Assembly: GCF_963921235.1 (NCBI RefSeq)
Contig: NC_086097.1
Coordinates: forward strand, 192,636,001-192,700,000
Source of the DNA: Mobula hypostoma
Lineage: Eukaryota
DNA length: 64,000 bases
Direction of reading: 5' to 3'
In this document: piece after piece, positions 1 to 11,669 of the stretch
Layout: each line of letters opens with the position of its first letter
How positions within the stretch are numbered: the first letter of the stretch is position 1
Program-made: the position numbers and the translations under genes
Notes under the pieces: generated by a model
The model's database searches: none
Told to the model about the DNA's origin: nothing
What the model saw: the letters and a program-made list of their open reading frames with translations, nothing else

Positions 1-1315
1 TAGACGATTCATACAGGTGTTACACATCCTGGGACTTACTGCAGGCCTCTTACTATGGTAATAAACAAGCTGATAAACAAGTAAAACTAGCTGTCAAATG
101 GACCTTACTGTGGTAAGGGAGGCCAGAGTTTTGGTAATAACAAATCTAAAAATAACCAGGATGATGTCTTAAGAATTCTCCTAGATATAGTTAAACCCAA
201 TTCCAAATGATTTCCAATATGGTACAAATATGAAGCTGATGATGAAGGTAAAGTTTGGGTCTACCACCCTGAAAAAGTTAAGAAGCAAATACCTCCTGTA
301 CACAAGCGGCCGCACTGATTCAAGAAGTCCACCAAGGATTCGAACACAATCATAGTGGTGAACAAGCCACTCAAGTGAAATTAGCTATTTTATACTGATG
401 GCTTTACATATTGAGTGTTTTTAAATGATTTGCTGCAAATAGTAAAGAATGTCTGGCCTATAATAGTCACAAGACCACATCCTATAAGAAAAGCAAAACC
501 AATAGTGCCAATGCAGGTGTGGAAATTGATTATAAAGGCCTATTTCTGGCTTCACAAGGCAACGCACCTTATCATAAACCTAATAAGTATCTTCTTGCGA
601 GAATTGATCTTTGTATGGGATTTACGGTGTTAATCTCCATAACTTCTTGTAGTACGGCCACAACCGTCATGCCACTCCAATAGTCCATATTCTCATAAAC
701 TGGCAACCCCGCCAAGGGTCTTGCTTCACAGGTAAAGACTTTCAACCCATGTATGAACGAACAGGCATACAAGTGGAGTACAGCTCTCCATTCCAGCTGC
801 AATCGAACGGCATGGTGGAGTGAAGGAATCTAGGGATTAAGCAAGGTGTGGCAAAAATAATCTACTCTAGAGGTAAAATAGGCTACTCTTGTCCCTGAAG
901 TGCAACTTTTAATAAACAAAATGCCAATTGCAAAAATAGGCATACACACAATTTTTTCTTAATCTACATTGTCCACCTAACTACACCCTAATCACTAACT
1001 AAGGCCACCCATCGCCTATATCCAACACAACTCAAGGAACTGAGAGTGTTTATGGGAATTCAAGAGAAAGCAAAATAACCTGACAAAATAGTTTTGAGAC
1101 CACTAAAACGAGACTAGCTCCAAGGAAAGAAATTTCATAAAAATAATTTTGTCCCTAGTTTCCATCCTAGATGGAAACCTTATTATCTCATTACCCAGAT
1201 TATCAAAGATAGGACTGTGGTAATTGACATTGGGAGGGAAAACAAGACTGAAAGTAAAACTAGCTCCACAGAGAACATCAAACTTGCCTTTGCAGGATTT
1301 AATCCCCCAGAGTGA
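1..1315 (+). mobile_element. pol: Decayed endogenous foamy(spuma)-like retrovirus pol 3' part (RNase H end + integrase), truncated by window start
   Basis: Manual translation across frameshifts. YGNKQADKQVKLA (~54-92, RNase H GNxxAD). FPIWYKYEADDEGKVWVYHPEKVKKQIPP (211-297). LIQEVHQGFEHNHSGEQATQVKLAILY*W..SKECL (315-455, HHCC remnant). [35 protein letters not shown] (522-668). QGSCFTGKDFQ..GIQVEYSSPFQLQSNGMVE*RNLGIK (713-841). LVPEVQLLIN. PSFHPRWKPYYLITQIIKDRTVVI..ENIKL (1154-1285). Stop at 1313-1315. Confidence 0.85.
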
Positions 1316-1770
1316 ATGGAACCCTTACATTATGGTTCATGGTCCACCACGGAACCCCTGCACCCCAAAGGATGGATGGAGGGAGGGATGAGATGTGTTT
1401 AAAAGATAAAACACATGTTTACATATGAAAAGTAATGAAAAAATTCCTGTTCACTTGAGGAAGATGTTATTGATACATTGCCCGGTAATAATACATCCAG
1501 AATGTATTGTTGTTTTCAGAGTAAGACGGAGTCAAACTCTAGAAAGAAATGTTGCTTTTGCTGTATTTTACATTTAATATTCATGCCTATAATAATTCTG
1601 TTCTGCCTTACATACCATTTGCTTTTTCACAGACAAAGTCACATCTACTATATAAGTTGTCACATCTGACTTGGATACCACTAAAACATAATGATCCAGA
1701 GAATATTATTTAAAGGAATCTCAGAACAATGATAATGCTAATTTAAGTATCGCTAAATCATGGGATCAAC
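1316..1770 (+). pseudogene. Candidate env 5' region (leader peptide) of the foamy-like ERV
   Basis: ATG at 1316 immediately after the pol stop (MEPLHYGSW...). Acceptor-like CTTGCCTTTGCAG ends at 1295. Cys-rich then hydrophobic stretch CCFCCILHLIFMPIIILFCLTY in ORF 1478-1669, about 80 codons downstream. Confidence 0.45.
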
Positions 1771-1825
1771 CTTGACTCAATGGCAGAGCAGACTCAATGG
1801 GCTAAATGGCCTAATTCTGCTCCTA

Positions 1826-2146
1826 CGAGGGGTGATTGATAAGTTTGTGGCCTAAGGTAAAAGAAGTCAAATTTAGAAAACCTATCACATTTATTTTTCA
1901 AAATAGTCTCCTTCTATATGTACACACTTAGTCCAGCGGTCGTGGAGCATACGAATGCCTTCTTTGTAGAAGCGGTCCACGGCAGGGGTGATTGATAAGT
2001 TCATGGCCTAAGGTAGAAGGAGATGAGTTATACAGCTCTCATTATATGCATGTGCATTTCAACTGTTTGAGTGAAAATGCAGAAAGTTTGAAGTTAATAA
2101 CTCATCTCCTTCTACCTTAGGCCATGAACTTATCAATCACCCCTTG
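1826..2146. mobile_element. Tc1/mariner-type non-autonomous element (MITE) inserted into a CR1-type 3' tail
   Basis: TIRs CGAGGGGTGATTGATAAGTTTGTGGCCTAAGG / CCTTAGGCCATGAACTTATCAATCACCCCTTG. Flanked by TA (1824-25) and CA (2147-48). Removing it restores CTAATTCTGCTCCTATGTCTTATGGTCTT. Internal direct TIR copy at ~1984. Confidence 0.85.
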
Positions 2147-3175
2147 CATGTCTTATGGTCTTATAATCTAAATCACCTTTACATTTTGGTCATACAGTAT
2201 GTGAAATAATACACTGGATGCCTTAATCTCTACCTCTGGGAAATGATTGTTCCTGTCCACACAAAACTCTTCCAACTATAAACACATCAATTATCGATAT
2301 GCTATATGATATTATCCATCTGGTTCTGCAAGCGACCTTGAATTAAGTAACTTAAGAGTCAGCTTGTTGGCTTGAAACCCCCAATTTAAACAATCTATTG
2401 TCTTACATTCTACCCTTGAGCAATAATAAATCAGGTGCAGTGACTCTTTACATACAGTGTGTCATGAAAATACAGAGCCTATTTACAAAGCTGTTCTATA
2501 AAGACTGCATTTTTTAAAACTTCAAGCTGCTTTTCATTTACATTTTAAGAACAGAAGACTAATTTTCATTTATGACCTGAAGTTAAACAAAACAATACAG
2601 TTGAAAGTTTATATATAACTATTTGTGACCTTTCAAATGGCAGCTGCTATTTAAGAAGCAAGCTTAGCTAACATGAGATAGAATCAAATATCTATCACAA
2701 TACCATGTTTACTACCCAACATATTAACAAGATCCCTGATAAACTGCATAATATGATTAGCATAGAAATGAGTATTCCCTTTTTTGAAATAGCCAAGGGA
2801 GTTATTTGAAGTATGAGCAAACTTCCTTTCCAGGCTGTAGGCATTCTTCAGAGGCTTATCCACTAAATATTTGGACAGCCAAGACTTACACACTAAAATT
2901 GAAGGATCACAGAAAACTCTCAGAATCTGTCTATTGTGCTTTTATAGCTATAAGCTTTAGCATTATACAAGGAATTCCCAAGACTTCAAATACAGATCCT
3001 TTTATGTGAGATATTATTTCTACTTTTGATCTTTATGAGGAACAAAAGAGATATTACCTTACATACATATATCACTACATCGTTGACATATCTTAAAATA
3101 AAATCCTCACAACTATAGTGTAAAACCAATAATGCAATAAAAAGATCAAGAAAGAAATTTTTAAAATTCAGAGTG

Positions 3176-3300
3176 ACACAAAAGACTGCAGATGCTGCAA
3201 GGACCCATGAAGAGTCTTGACCCAGAACGCCGACTGTCCGTTTCCTTCCACAGATGATGCCTGACTTACTGAAATCCTTCTGCTCCTTTCGTGTTGTTCC
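3176..3300. repeat. Degenerate Penelope-derived short repeat
   Basis: CTGCAGATGCTG and ATGAAGAGTCTTGACCCAGAACGCCGACTG, similar to the terminal repeat of the Penelope element at 41183-41320. Confidence 0.6.
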
Positions 3301-5352
3301 ATTAAAAAGTCATTTATTTCTCAGTGGAGTATGAAAAAATCCACTCCAAATTTGCCTTTATTTATATAAATCTTGTAATCAATTAAGTTGGGAAAAGCAT
3401 AATTTTCTAGCACAATGTATTCAAATATACCTCCTTTGTAAGCCAATAATGCAGTCTAATATATCAAAATTATGATGCATTCACATATAATTAAAAATAA
3501 AATTGAAATTGCAATAGGTGAAAAAAACTTCTGAGTCTCTAAAAGGAGCTGAAAATAATTAAAACAAAATAGTAATCAAAGTAAATTACATTGTTCTGCT
3601 TTCCAGCAACTGGTTTAAGCAGCAGAAAAAAAACACCTTGGTACTCCAGAGAGTCAGCAGCATGACAGCTCAGAGACTACTGAAATCTTTGTTAATAAAC
3701 CTTCCTTTGGATGAGACTACCAGGGCGCAGTAGGAGTTTCAGTACCTTTGCAAACTGATATCACACAAAAAGACAAGGTCAGCTTGTTATTTCTGTATGT
3801 ATTTCATGCATTGTGAACTGAAGTTTGTGGAGGATGGGTGAGTCGATTATTTGTGCACAGAAATGTCATCTGGTAGTACACAATCAAACATGTGGATTCC
3901 CAAATTTGTTCATGATATAGGAAATTGACATATCTAATGGACTTTTCAAAATGAGAGATGAACAACTTTATTTAATTTATAAAATCAGCTTTATAAGCCA
4001 TGTTGAGGCTTGGACCTTTGAACTGCCATATCATGGAGAGGCTCCAAACTCAGCATTTTCAGTGAACCTATTATATTTTCACTATTTTGTAAGTAAACTC
4101 CAAGCAGCCTTCTTACTATACCTGTCTGCATTGAAGTGCTAGTAACTCCTCTGGTCTTTTCACCTGATAATATGAAGCACTTAGATGCTTTTACTACTCC
4201 ACTGCAATACAAGCCTTTTTTCAAATCTGTAGATTTGATTACTTCAACTGCTCTGTTCCTAGTTTAATGGTCCCAAATGAAACTTCTTAAATCTATGACT
4301 TCTAACTCCATGACTTAAGTAGAAAACCAGACAGCCGAAAACTGTTAGTAGTAGGAAAAAAAGGCTACCAATATGATTTATTAAAATAGGAAAAAAATTA
4401 CATGATTGGCTAAAACTTCACACAAAAACCTGCAAGCAAGCCTGTTAAATGATATATTCATTATAAGGAAGGACGTTAGCAGGATGAATGATTTTTTTAA
4501 ATAATTTGACTAATCATGGGTTTAAATGACTTCCACTTCACCTCATTTCAACGTTTGATGCAATTTTCTTTCTTATGTCATCACATTCTCTATGATATTG
4601 TATATTATCTTATGTCATCTTCTTTATTGTTTTGGTCATGCCAGGCTCCTTAATATTAATACATTCCCGTGTGATGCTAAAGTATGAATGTTTTGTTTGT
4701 ATAAGTTGTATAAGTAAATTGGTATAAGTAAAATATTTAACATAATCATGTCATTAAACATTTTAGTCTAGGTATTAAAATCATATGAGAACACATTGTA
4801 AGAAATGGCTGACTTGAAATTAATTCTCCAGTTGGTAGCATTAAGCTTTAAAAGCAGTAAGATTAAGTCTGTCTCCAGAATGAATGAATACTATGTGTCC
4901 AGTACTACCAATGGAGGACCTTTTCTTGCCAAGTATGCATCCATGGGTGATAATTGGTTTTATGTATCTTGACATTGCACAAACACTTGTTTAATGAGTG
5001 CAAATTCAGATCTGAGTTCATTAAAATTATTTATTTCAAACCCTGATCTATTAACAACATTTGTTTCACTGCTTCCTGTTGAGTTGTTTTATATGTTCAG
5101 AACCAGTTTGTTAAAAATAAACCTCCTTGAAATGATAGATATCTCAGTGACATTCCTTAGTTTGTTGTAGTGTACCACAAAAAATCAATGTTCTACCTAC
5201 ATGATAATGCCAATAAGCATAACACAATCAATTTATCAACCAGGGGAATAAATCCTGCAGACTGTTGGCATATTCAATTGTAAAGCTGAGCCTCAAGTAT
5301 GTTCTAGTCACTGCTGTATATCCAGTGCAAAACTTGGGATAAAACCTTGGCA

Positions 5353-5521
5353 ACACACACAAAATGCTGGAGGAACTCAGCAGGCCAGGCAACATCTATG
5401 GACAAGAGTTTGGTCGATGTTTCGGGCCGAAACCCTTCAGCAGGACATGGGTTTCGGCCTGAAACATCGACTGTACTCTTTGCTCAGATTTCCAGCATCT
5501 GCAGATTTTCTCTTGTTTATT
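5353..5521. mobile_element. Short fold-back Penelope-derived element with TSD
   Basis: Internal inverted arms GTCGATGTTTCGGGCCGAAACCC / GGGTTTCGGCCTGAAACATCGAC. TSD AAACCTTGGCA at 5342-5352 and 5522-5532. Confidence 0.8.
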
Positions 5522-6144
5522 AAACCTTGGCACTGAATTGCTTTGTAATTTAGAAGGTCAATAATCACTAGTATTAACAGTTCTTCTAATTTCATTATTC
5601 TGAACGATAGGATTTTATTACATGTAATCAGTATTACTTGTTATGATATTATTTTAAATTCTGCCACAACTCTGCCACGGAAAAGGTCAGGCCATTGTTA
5701 ACAATTAACTATTTTTTATCTTCATGCTCTGTTAATCCTGGTTAAATGTAATGAAGTATTATTGGAGCTCACTAATAATCCTACCACCCCTGTATAAAGT
5801 AGGTGACTGAAACAATAAAAAATAAAATTGTAACTTATTATTTTGGGGGCAAAGGGCAATGTCTTTATTTTTTAAATTAGACTAGCTGCCAGTGAAATCA
5901 TATGATTTTTGAGAGATGTTTTAGCTTATGATCCAAGTAAAGAACCCATTTTGGTTCCCTCCATCACTACATCTCATCCCCAGGTATAGGCTTTGGAAGG
6001 GAAATTTGGAAACATAAGAAGCCATTAAAAGCAGCATTGTATTATTGCTCGGGAACAGATGGAGCAGGATTATTCCTAATATCTGCTAAATTATGCTTAT
6101 CACATTCTCCATGTTCTAGCTCCCTTTCTTTCTTTGCAACTTAC

Positions 6145-6340
6145 CTTTTTGCTGTAAATTTCCATTTGGTACTGGACAACAATCTCCTGCTGTGTAAATT
6201 TTGCTTTTGCCAACCTCTGCCTGTTTCAGGCCATCTGCTAGACATCAGCACTTTGAAGTGTTCTGGTCTCACCCTCTTGGTGTGAGTGCAGCAGGATGGG
6301 AGGGAAATTTTGTGTTTAGCTGAACGTCTGTCTCCAAATC
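6145..6340 (-). other. Candidate internal exon (196 nt), product unknown
   Basis: Minus strand acceptor TTTTAATCCACTGCAG|G and donor AAG|GTAAGT. One open frame (FGDRRSAKHKISLPSCCTHTKRVRPEHFKVLMSSRWPETGRGWQKQNLHSRRLLSSTKWKFTAK); no recognised homology. Confidence 0.3.
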
Positions 6341-7754
6341 CTGCAGTGGATTAAAATTAAATTAATGTTTCGATCTTCACTACCATCTATTGTGAATATT
6401 TGTAGAATCTCTATCACATCCAAGAGTTTGTTACACTCCTTTAACCGACACTCTTTTGATAAAGAAGCTTGTACTGATTACTCAGCTGACTAGCTGAGTA
6501 AACTTACTCTCTAAAATAGTTTGCAAAAGCTAAGAGACTTCTGATATTTCCTATTGTTGCCTATTTCACCCAAGAATTCTCAACCGAACAGCAGAATAGT
6601 GAGAAAATACTGGAATCCCCCAGAATCCGGTTTGAGAAGCTTTGGATATTTCAGCCAATTCATGTTGTTGATCATAAACTAGAACTAAGGAATATCAAAT
6701 AGTGTTGTTGCAGATTAGACATGCAGTTCTGATTCTTTTAAACCAATGATCTGAGAATTTCAGATGTGTATATTATGCAAATATTTGAGAGGCTGTGAGG
6801 CAATCAGCTGAAAACTTTATTTACCTTTAAGATTGTATCCATCCTTCAGCAATGTTTTGGAACATCAGCCTGGTTTTTGTTCTTAATTGTGTGTAGCAGG
6901 AGTTATCCAACTTTCTGACTCAGAAAGAAGTGTGACTATCAAAGGGCAAAATTAGACATATATTTTTATAAAGGAAAAACCTGTGGACATGAGATCTTAT
7001 TCAAGGAAAAGCTGATTTAAGAGTGTCCAATGCATACAAACCAAATGTTAAACACTGAAACATGTAATAAATGTCAGACAGAAGTTTTAATGTATTGCAA
7101 TATACTTGCAATATTCATGTGCTGACTTGAAATTATCCATGTTATCTTATATAAGTGTTTAAACATTTGCCTCTATAGTTGACTTCAATTTTACAATAGC
7201 AAGATATCAAGTTGTCAGGTCTTTAATTCTCAAGTTTCAAACTCTCACTCTTTCAAAAGATTACGAAGAGGCAGATCCCATTCCAGTTTTCCATTGTTGC
7301 TCCTGTGCCCACTCATTTGTAAACACTTATCTGGGCAGTTTTCCTTCCTTCAATACTGATTTTCATAAGTGGTCTTCAACCTAGTATATTTTCTGTTGTG
7401 CCTCATGAATATTCAGATGGTATAGTTTTCCATTCATTGTTCACCAGTCTGTGCTATCTCCATGGGATAAGTTGGATCCTTTCTTCCCTAATTGTTACCA
7501 ACAACTTGTACAATCTAAAGAGTTGAGGACCTGCTATTTAAAGTTGCACTTTTTCATTCTTACCCACTTACCCGTTATGAATTTGCAAATTAGATTCTCA
7601 AACATATCATTTCACCTGTATTATACTTTTGGCAGCACCTCTCTTCAGCTGCTTTAAATTTCTGCTGATTTATTTCTTTATAAATCATACAAGTTGTTTA
7701 TCATTCCATTTTCAAATTTTACTATGAGTTTCTAAACTGTAGGTGCATGTAAAC

Positions 7755-8768
7755 TGCATGGAGTGGTGTGCCTCATGGATCTGTTCTGGGACCTTTACTC
7801 TTCATGATTTTTATAAATGACCTGGATGAGGAAGTGGAAGGATGGATTAGTAAGTCTGCTGATGACACAAAGGTTGGAGGTGTTGTGGATTGTGTGGAGG
7901 GCTGTCAGAGGTTACAACAGGACATTGATCAGATGCAAAACTGGGCTGAGAAGTGGCAAATGGAGTTCGACCCATATAAGTGTGAAGTGGTTCATTTTGG
8001 TAGGTTAAGTGTGATGGCAGAATGTAGTATTAATGGTAAGACTCTTGGCAGTGTGGAGGATCAAAGGGATCTTGAGGTCCGAGTCCATAGGACGCTCAAA
8101 GCAGCTGCGCAAGTTGACACTGTGGTTAAGAACGCATACGGTGTATTGGCCTTCATTAATCGTGGAATTGAATTTAGTAGCCAAGAGGTAATGTTGCAGC
8201 TATATAGGACCCTGGTCAGACCCCACCTGGAGTACTGTGCTCAGTTCTGGTCGCCTCACTACAGGAAGGATGTGGAATCCATAGAAAGGGTGCAGAGGAG
8301 ATTTACAAGGATGTTGCCTGGATTTGGGAGCATGCCTTATGAAAACAGGTTGAGTCAATTCAGCCTTTTCTCCTTGGAGAGATAGAGGATGAGAGGTGAC
8401 CTGACAGAGGTGTATAAGATGATGAGAGGCATTGATCATGTGGATAGTCAGAGGCTTTTTCCCAGGGCTGGAATGGTTGTCACAAGAGGACACAGGTTTA
8501 AGGTGCTGGGGAGTAGGTACACAGCACATATCAGGAGTAAGTTTTTTACTCGAGAGTGGTGAGTGCGTGGAATGGGCTGCCGGCAACGGTGGTGGAGGCA
8601 GGTACTATAGGGTCTTTTAAGAGACTTTTAGATAGGTACATAGAGCTTAGAAAAATAGAGGACTATGGGGAAGACTAGTAATTTCTAAGGTAGGGACATG
8701 TTCAGCAAAACTTCATGGGCCAAAGGGCCTGCATTGTGCTATAGGTTCCTAAATTTCTATGTTTCTAT
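7755..8768 (+). mobile_element. CR1 LINE 3' fragment (RT C-terminal half + tail)
   Basis: ORF 7768-8385 [30 protein letters not shown]; tail TTTCTATGTTTCTAT. Confidence 0.92.
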
Positions 8769-8852
8769 AAAGTTAAGTCAGATTCAGAATCAGACTCTGG
8801 TTCACTATCACTGAAATACGCAGTGAGTTTGTTGTATTGTGGCAGCAGTACA

Positions 8853-8878
8853 GTGTGTGTGTGTGTGTGTGTTTGTGT
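8853..8878. repeat. (GT)n microsatellite
   Basis: Direct reading. Confidence 0.9.
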
Positions 8879-8881
8879 AAG

Positions 8882-10746
8882 ACCATTAGGTATAGGAGAA
8901 GAATGGTCTATTTTGCCCATCGAGTCTGCTCTGCTGATCCATTTTCCCTCTCGATCCAGTCTCCTGCCTTCTCCTGTATCCCTTCATGCCTAGACTAATC
9001 AAGAATCTAGCAACCCCTGCCTTAGGTATACCCAATGACTTGGCCTGTGGTGATGAATTCCACAGACTCACCACTCTCTGGCTAAATTAATTCTTCCTCA
9101 TCTCTAGTCCATATGAACACCCCTTTATTCTGAGTCCGTGCCCTTCCCCACCATAGGAAGCATCCTCTCCACATCCACTCTATTGAGGACTTTCAAGATT
9201 TGATAGGTTTCAATCTGGTCTCCCCTCATTCTTCTGAATTCCAATGAGGTCACTCTCTTCATAAATGCTTTTCATATGACATGCCTTTCAATCCCAGAAA
9301 CATTTTTAGGAATCTCCTTTGAACCCTTTCCAATATTAGCAGATCCTTCTTTAGATAAGGGGCCCAAAACTGTTCACAATAGTCTAACCTTATATTTCTT
9401 ATAGCCAAGTGCATGACTATATACTTCCCAACACTGTATTCCATCTGCCACTTCTTTGCCCATTCTCCTAATTTAAATCCTTCTGAGACCTCTCTATATC
9501 CTCAGAGCTACCTGCCCCTTCACCTATCTTTGGATCGTCCACAAACTTTGCCACAAAGCCATCAATTCCATCACCCAAGTATTGACATGTCACATAAAAA
9601 GAAGCAGTCCCAACACAGAACCCTGTGGAACGCCACTAGTCATTGGCAGCCAACCAGGAAAGTTTCCCTTCTTTCCCACTCTTTGTCTCCTGCCAAACAT
9701 CGCATGCTCAAATAGCTCCGACAGATTTGTTAGGCAAAATTTTCTCTTAAGGAAACTATGCTGACTATGTTCTATTTTATCATGTGCCTCCAAGTACCCT
9801 GAAAACATATCCTTAACAATCAACTCCAATATCTTCCCAATCACTGAGGTCAGAATAACTGGCCTATAAGTTCCTTTCTTCTGCCTCTCCCCCCTCCTGA
9901 AGAATAGAGTGACATTTGCAATTTTCCAGTCCTCTTGAACCATTCCAGAATCCATTGATTCATCAAAGATCATTACTAATGCCTCCACAAGCCCCTCAGC
10001 CACCTCTTTCTGAACACTGGGGTGTAAACTGTCAGGTCCACATGACTTATCTACATTCGGACCTTTCAGTTTCCCAAGAAACTTCTTCCCAAGATCCAGC
10101 TTCACAAGTTTCTACCCCTGACAATCACGACCTTCTAGCATATTGCTAGTGTCTTCCACAGTGAAGCCCAATGCAAAATACTTATTCAATTCATCTGCCA
10201 TTTCTTTGTGCCCCATTGCTACCTCTCCAGCATCATTTTCCAGCAGTCCAATATCCATTCTTGTCTCTCTTTTACATTTATATATTTGAAGAAACTTTTG
10301 GTATTTTCTTTAATATTATTGGCTAGCTAACCTTCGTATTCCACCTTTTCATTCTTAATGACTTTTTAGTTGGCTTCTGTTGGTATTTAAAAGCTTTCCA
10401 ATCTTCAATATAAAAAAGCACTATTTTTTGCTTTATTATATGCCCTTTCTTTTGCTTTTATGTTGGCTTTGACTTCACTTGTTATATATGGTTACTTCTT
10501 CCTCTTTGGGACGTAAATATCGTGACCCTTCCAAATTGCATCCAGAAATTCCAGGTATTGCTGCTATGCCATCATCCCCGCCAATGTTCTTTTCCAATCA
10601 ATTTTGGCTAGCTCATTTCTCATGCCTCAGAAATTTCCTTTAATCCACTGTAAGAGTGATACATCTGACTTTAGCTTCTCCTTCTGAAATTTCAGGGTGA
10701 ATTTGATTAGATTATGATCACTTGGGCCCTAAGGGTTCCTTTATCT
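8882..10746 (-). mobile_element. CR1 LINE fragment with internal deletions
   Basis: ORFs 9590-10105 ([31 protein letters not shown]) and 9259-9444 (YCEQFWAPY). Confidence 0.9.
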
Positions 10747-10767
10747 TAACCTCTCTTATCAATTTCA

Positions 10768-11583
10768 TTGTGGAGCTGGCTGATTGTTCAACCCTCTGCA
10801 GCTTTTTTTGAATTGGGTGGCAACCTTGCAGTTTCTTTAGAATTTTTGTCTGTTTTTTATGAGGCTGGGTTGCTAGCTCCACGGTCAACCCAGCACGAGT
10901 GGAAAGCGTGCAAGGAGCTGGCCAGATTCGAACCCTGGGCCACTCGCCTCAAAGTCCAGTGTTGATGCCACTACACCACTGGCTGGTTGAGATCCTGTGC
11001 ATTGGTGCCTCCCTACCAGACATTGATGCAACAAGTCGGAATGCTCTCCTCAGTACATCTGTAGAAATATGCTAGTCTTTGATGACATACTAAATAACAT
11101 GAATACATTGGGCTTAGGATCTTCAGAGAGCATTCAGAACATCCAGGAACTTCAATCTGCCCACCCTGATGAGAACTGCTGTGGGTTCTCTTGAGTTCCC
11201 CTTCCTGAAGTCCACAATTAATGCTTTGGTATTACTGGCATTGAGTGCAGGTTTGCTTTTGTGACACCTTTCAACCAGCCAAACTGTCTCAGTCCTGTAT
11301 GTCTCCTCGTGACCATCTGAGATTCTGCCAACAACAGTTGCGTCATCGGCAAACTTACAGATCGCATTTGAGCTGTGCTTAGGCACATGGTTATGAGCTT
11401 AGATAGAGTAGACCAGTGGGCTAAGTACACATCCTTGAGGTACAATTGTACTGATTGTCAGCAAGGAGTAGATGTTATTTCTCATCAACACTGACCATGG
11501 TCTCACAAAGAAGAAATTAAGGATCCAGTTGTCGACAGAGGTACAGAGGCCCAGGTTTTGAAGTTTTTTGATTAGTACTGAGG
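10768..11583 (-). mobile_element. Rex1/Babar-type LINE fragment, interrupted by a SINE
   Basis: ORF 11123-11386 ICKFADDATVVGRIS..NTKALIVDFRK..LKFL. Confidence 0.8.
10812..10986 (-). mobile_element. tRNA-derived SINE
   Basis: Minus strand A box TGGTGTAGTGG (10978-10968) and B box GGTTCGAATC (10934-10925), followed by a non-tRNA body. Confidence 0.75.
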
Positions 11584-11669
11584 TTGCTTAAAGCAATAAT
11601 ACTATCAAGCAATTGTTAAAATATATAAGGTAGTTAAAATGTTAAGAAAATAATATATGATATCATGAA

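Noticed and set aside
288..410. Apparent RNase H motifs TSCTQAAALI and LFYTDG
   Set aside because: Coincidental readings. The region reads much better as the integrase N-terminal domain, and the RNase H end (GNKQAD) lies upstream at ~55-90.
415..802. ORF-track ORFs 415-633 (+) and 572-802 (-) as genes
   Set aside because: Mostly off-frame or antisense readings of the decayed integrase.
1122..1132. Purine run AAGGAAAGAAA as a foamy central polypurine tract
   Set aside because: Roughly the right region, but no matching 3' PPT could be confirmed and the sequence is A-rich.
10915..10986. tRNA gene
   Set aside because: A/B boxes are present, but it continues into a SINE body inside a LINE and no convincing cloverleaf was seen.
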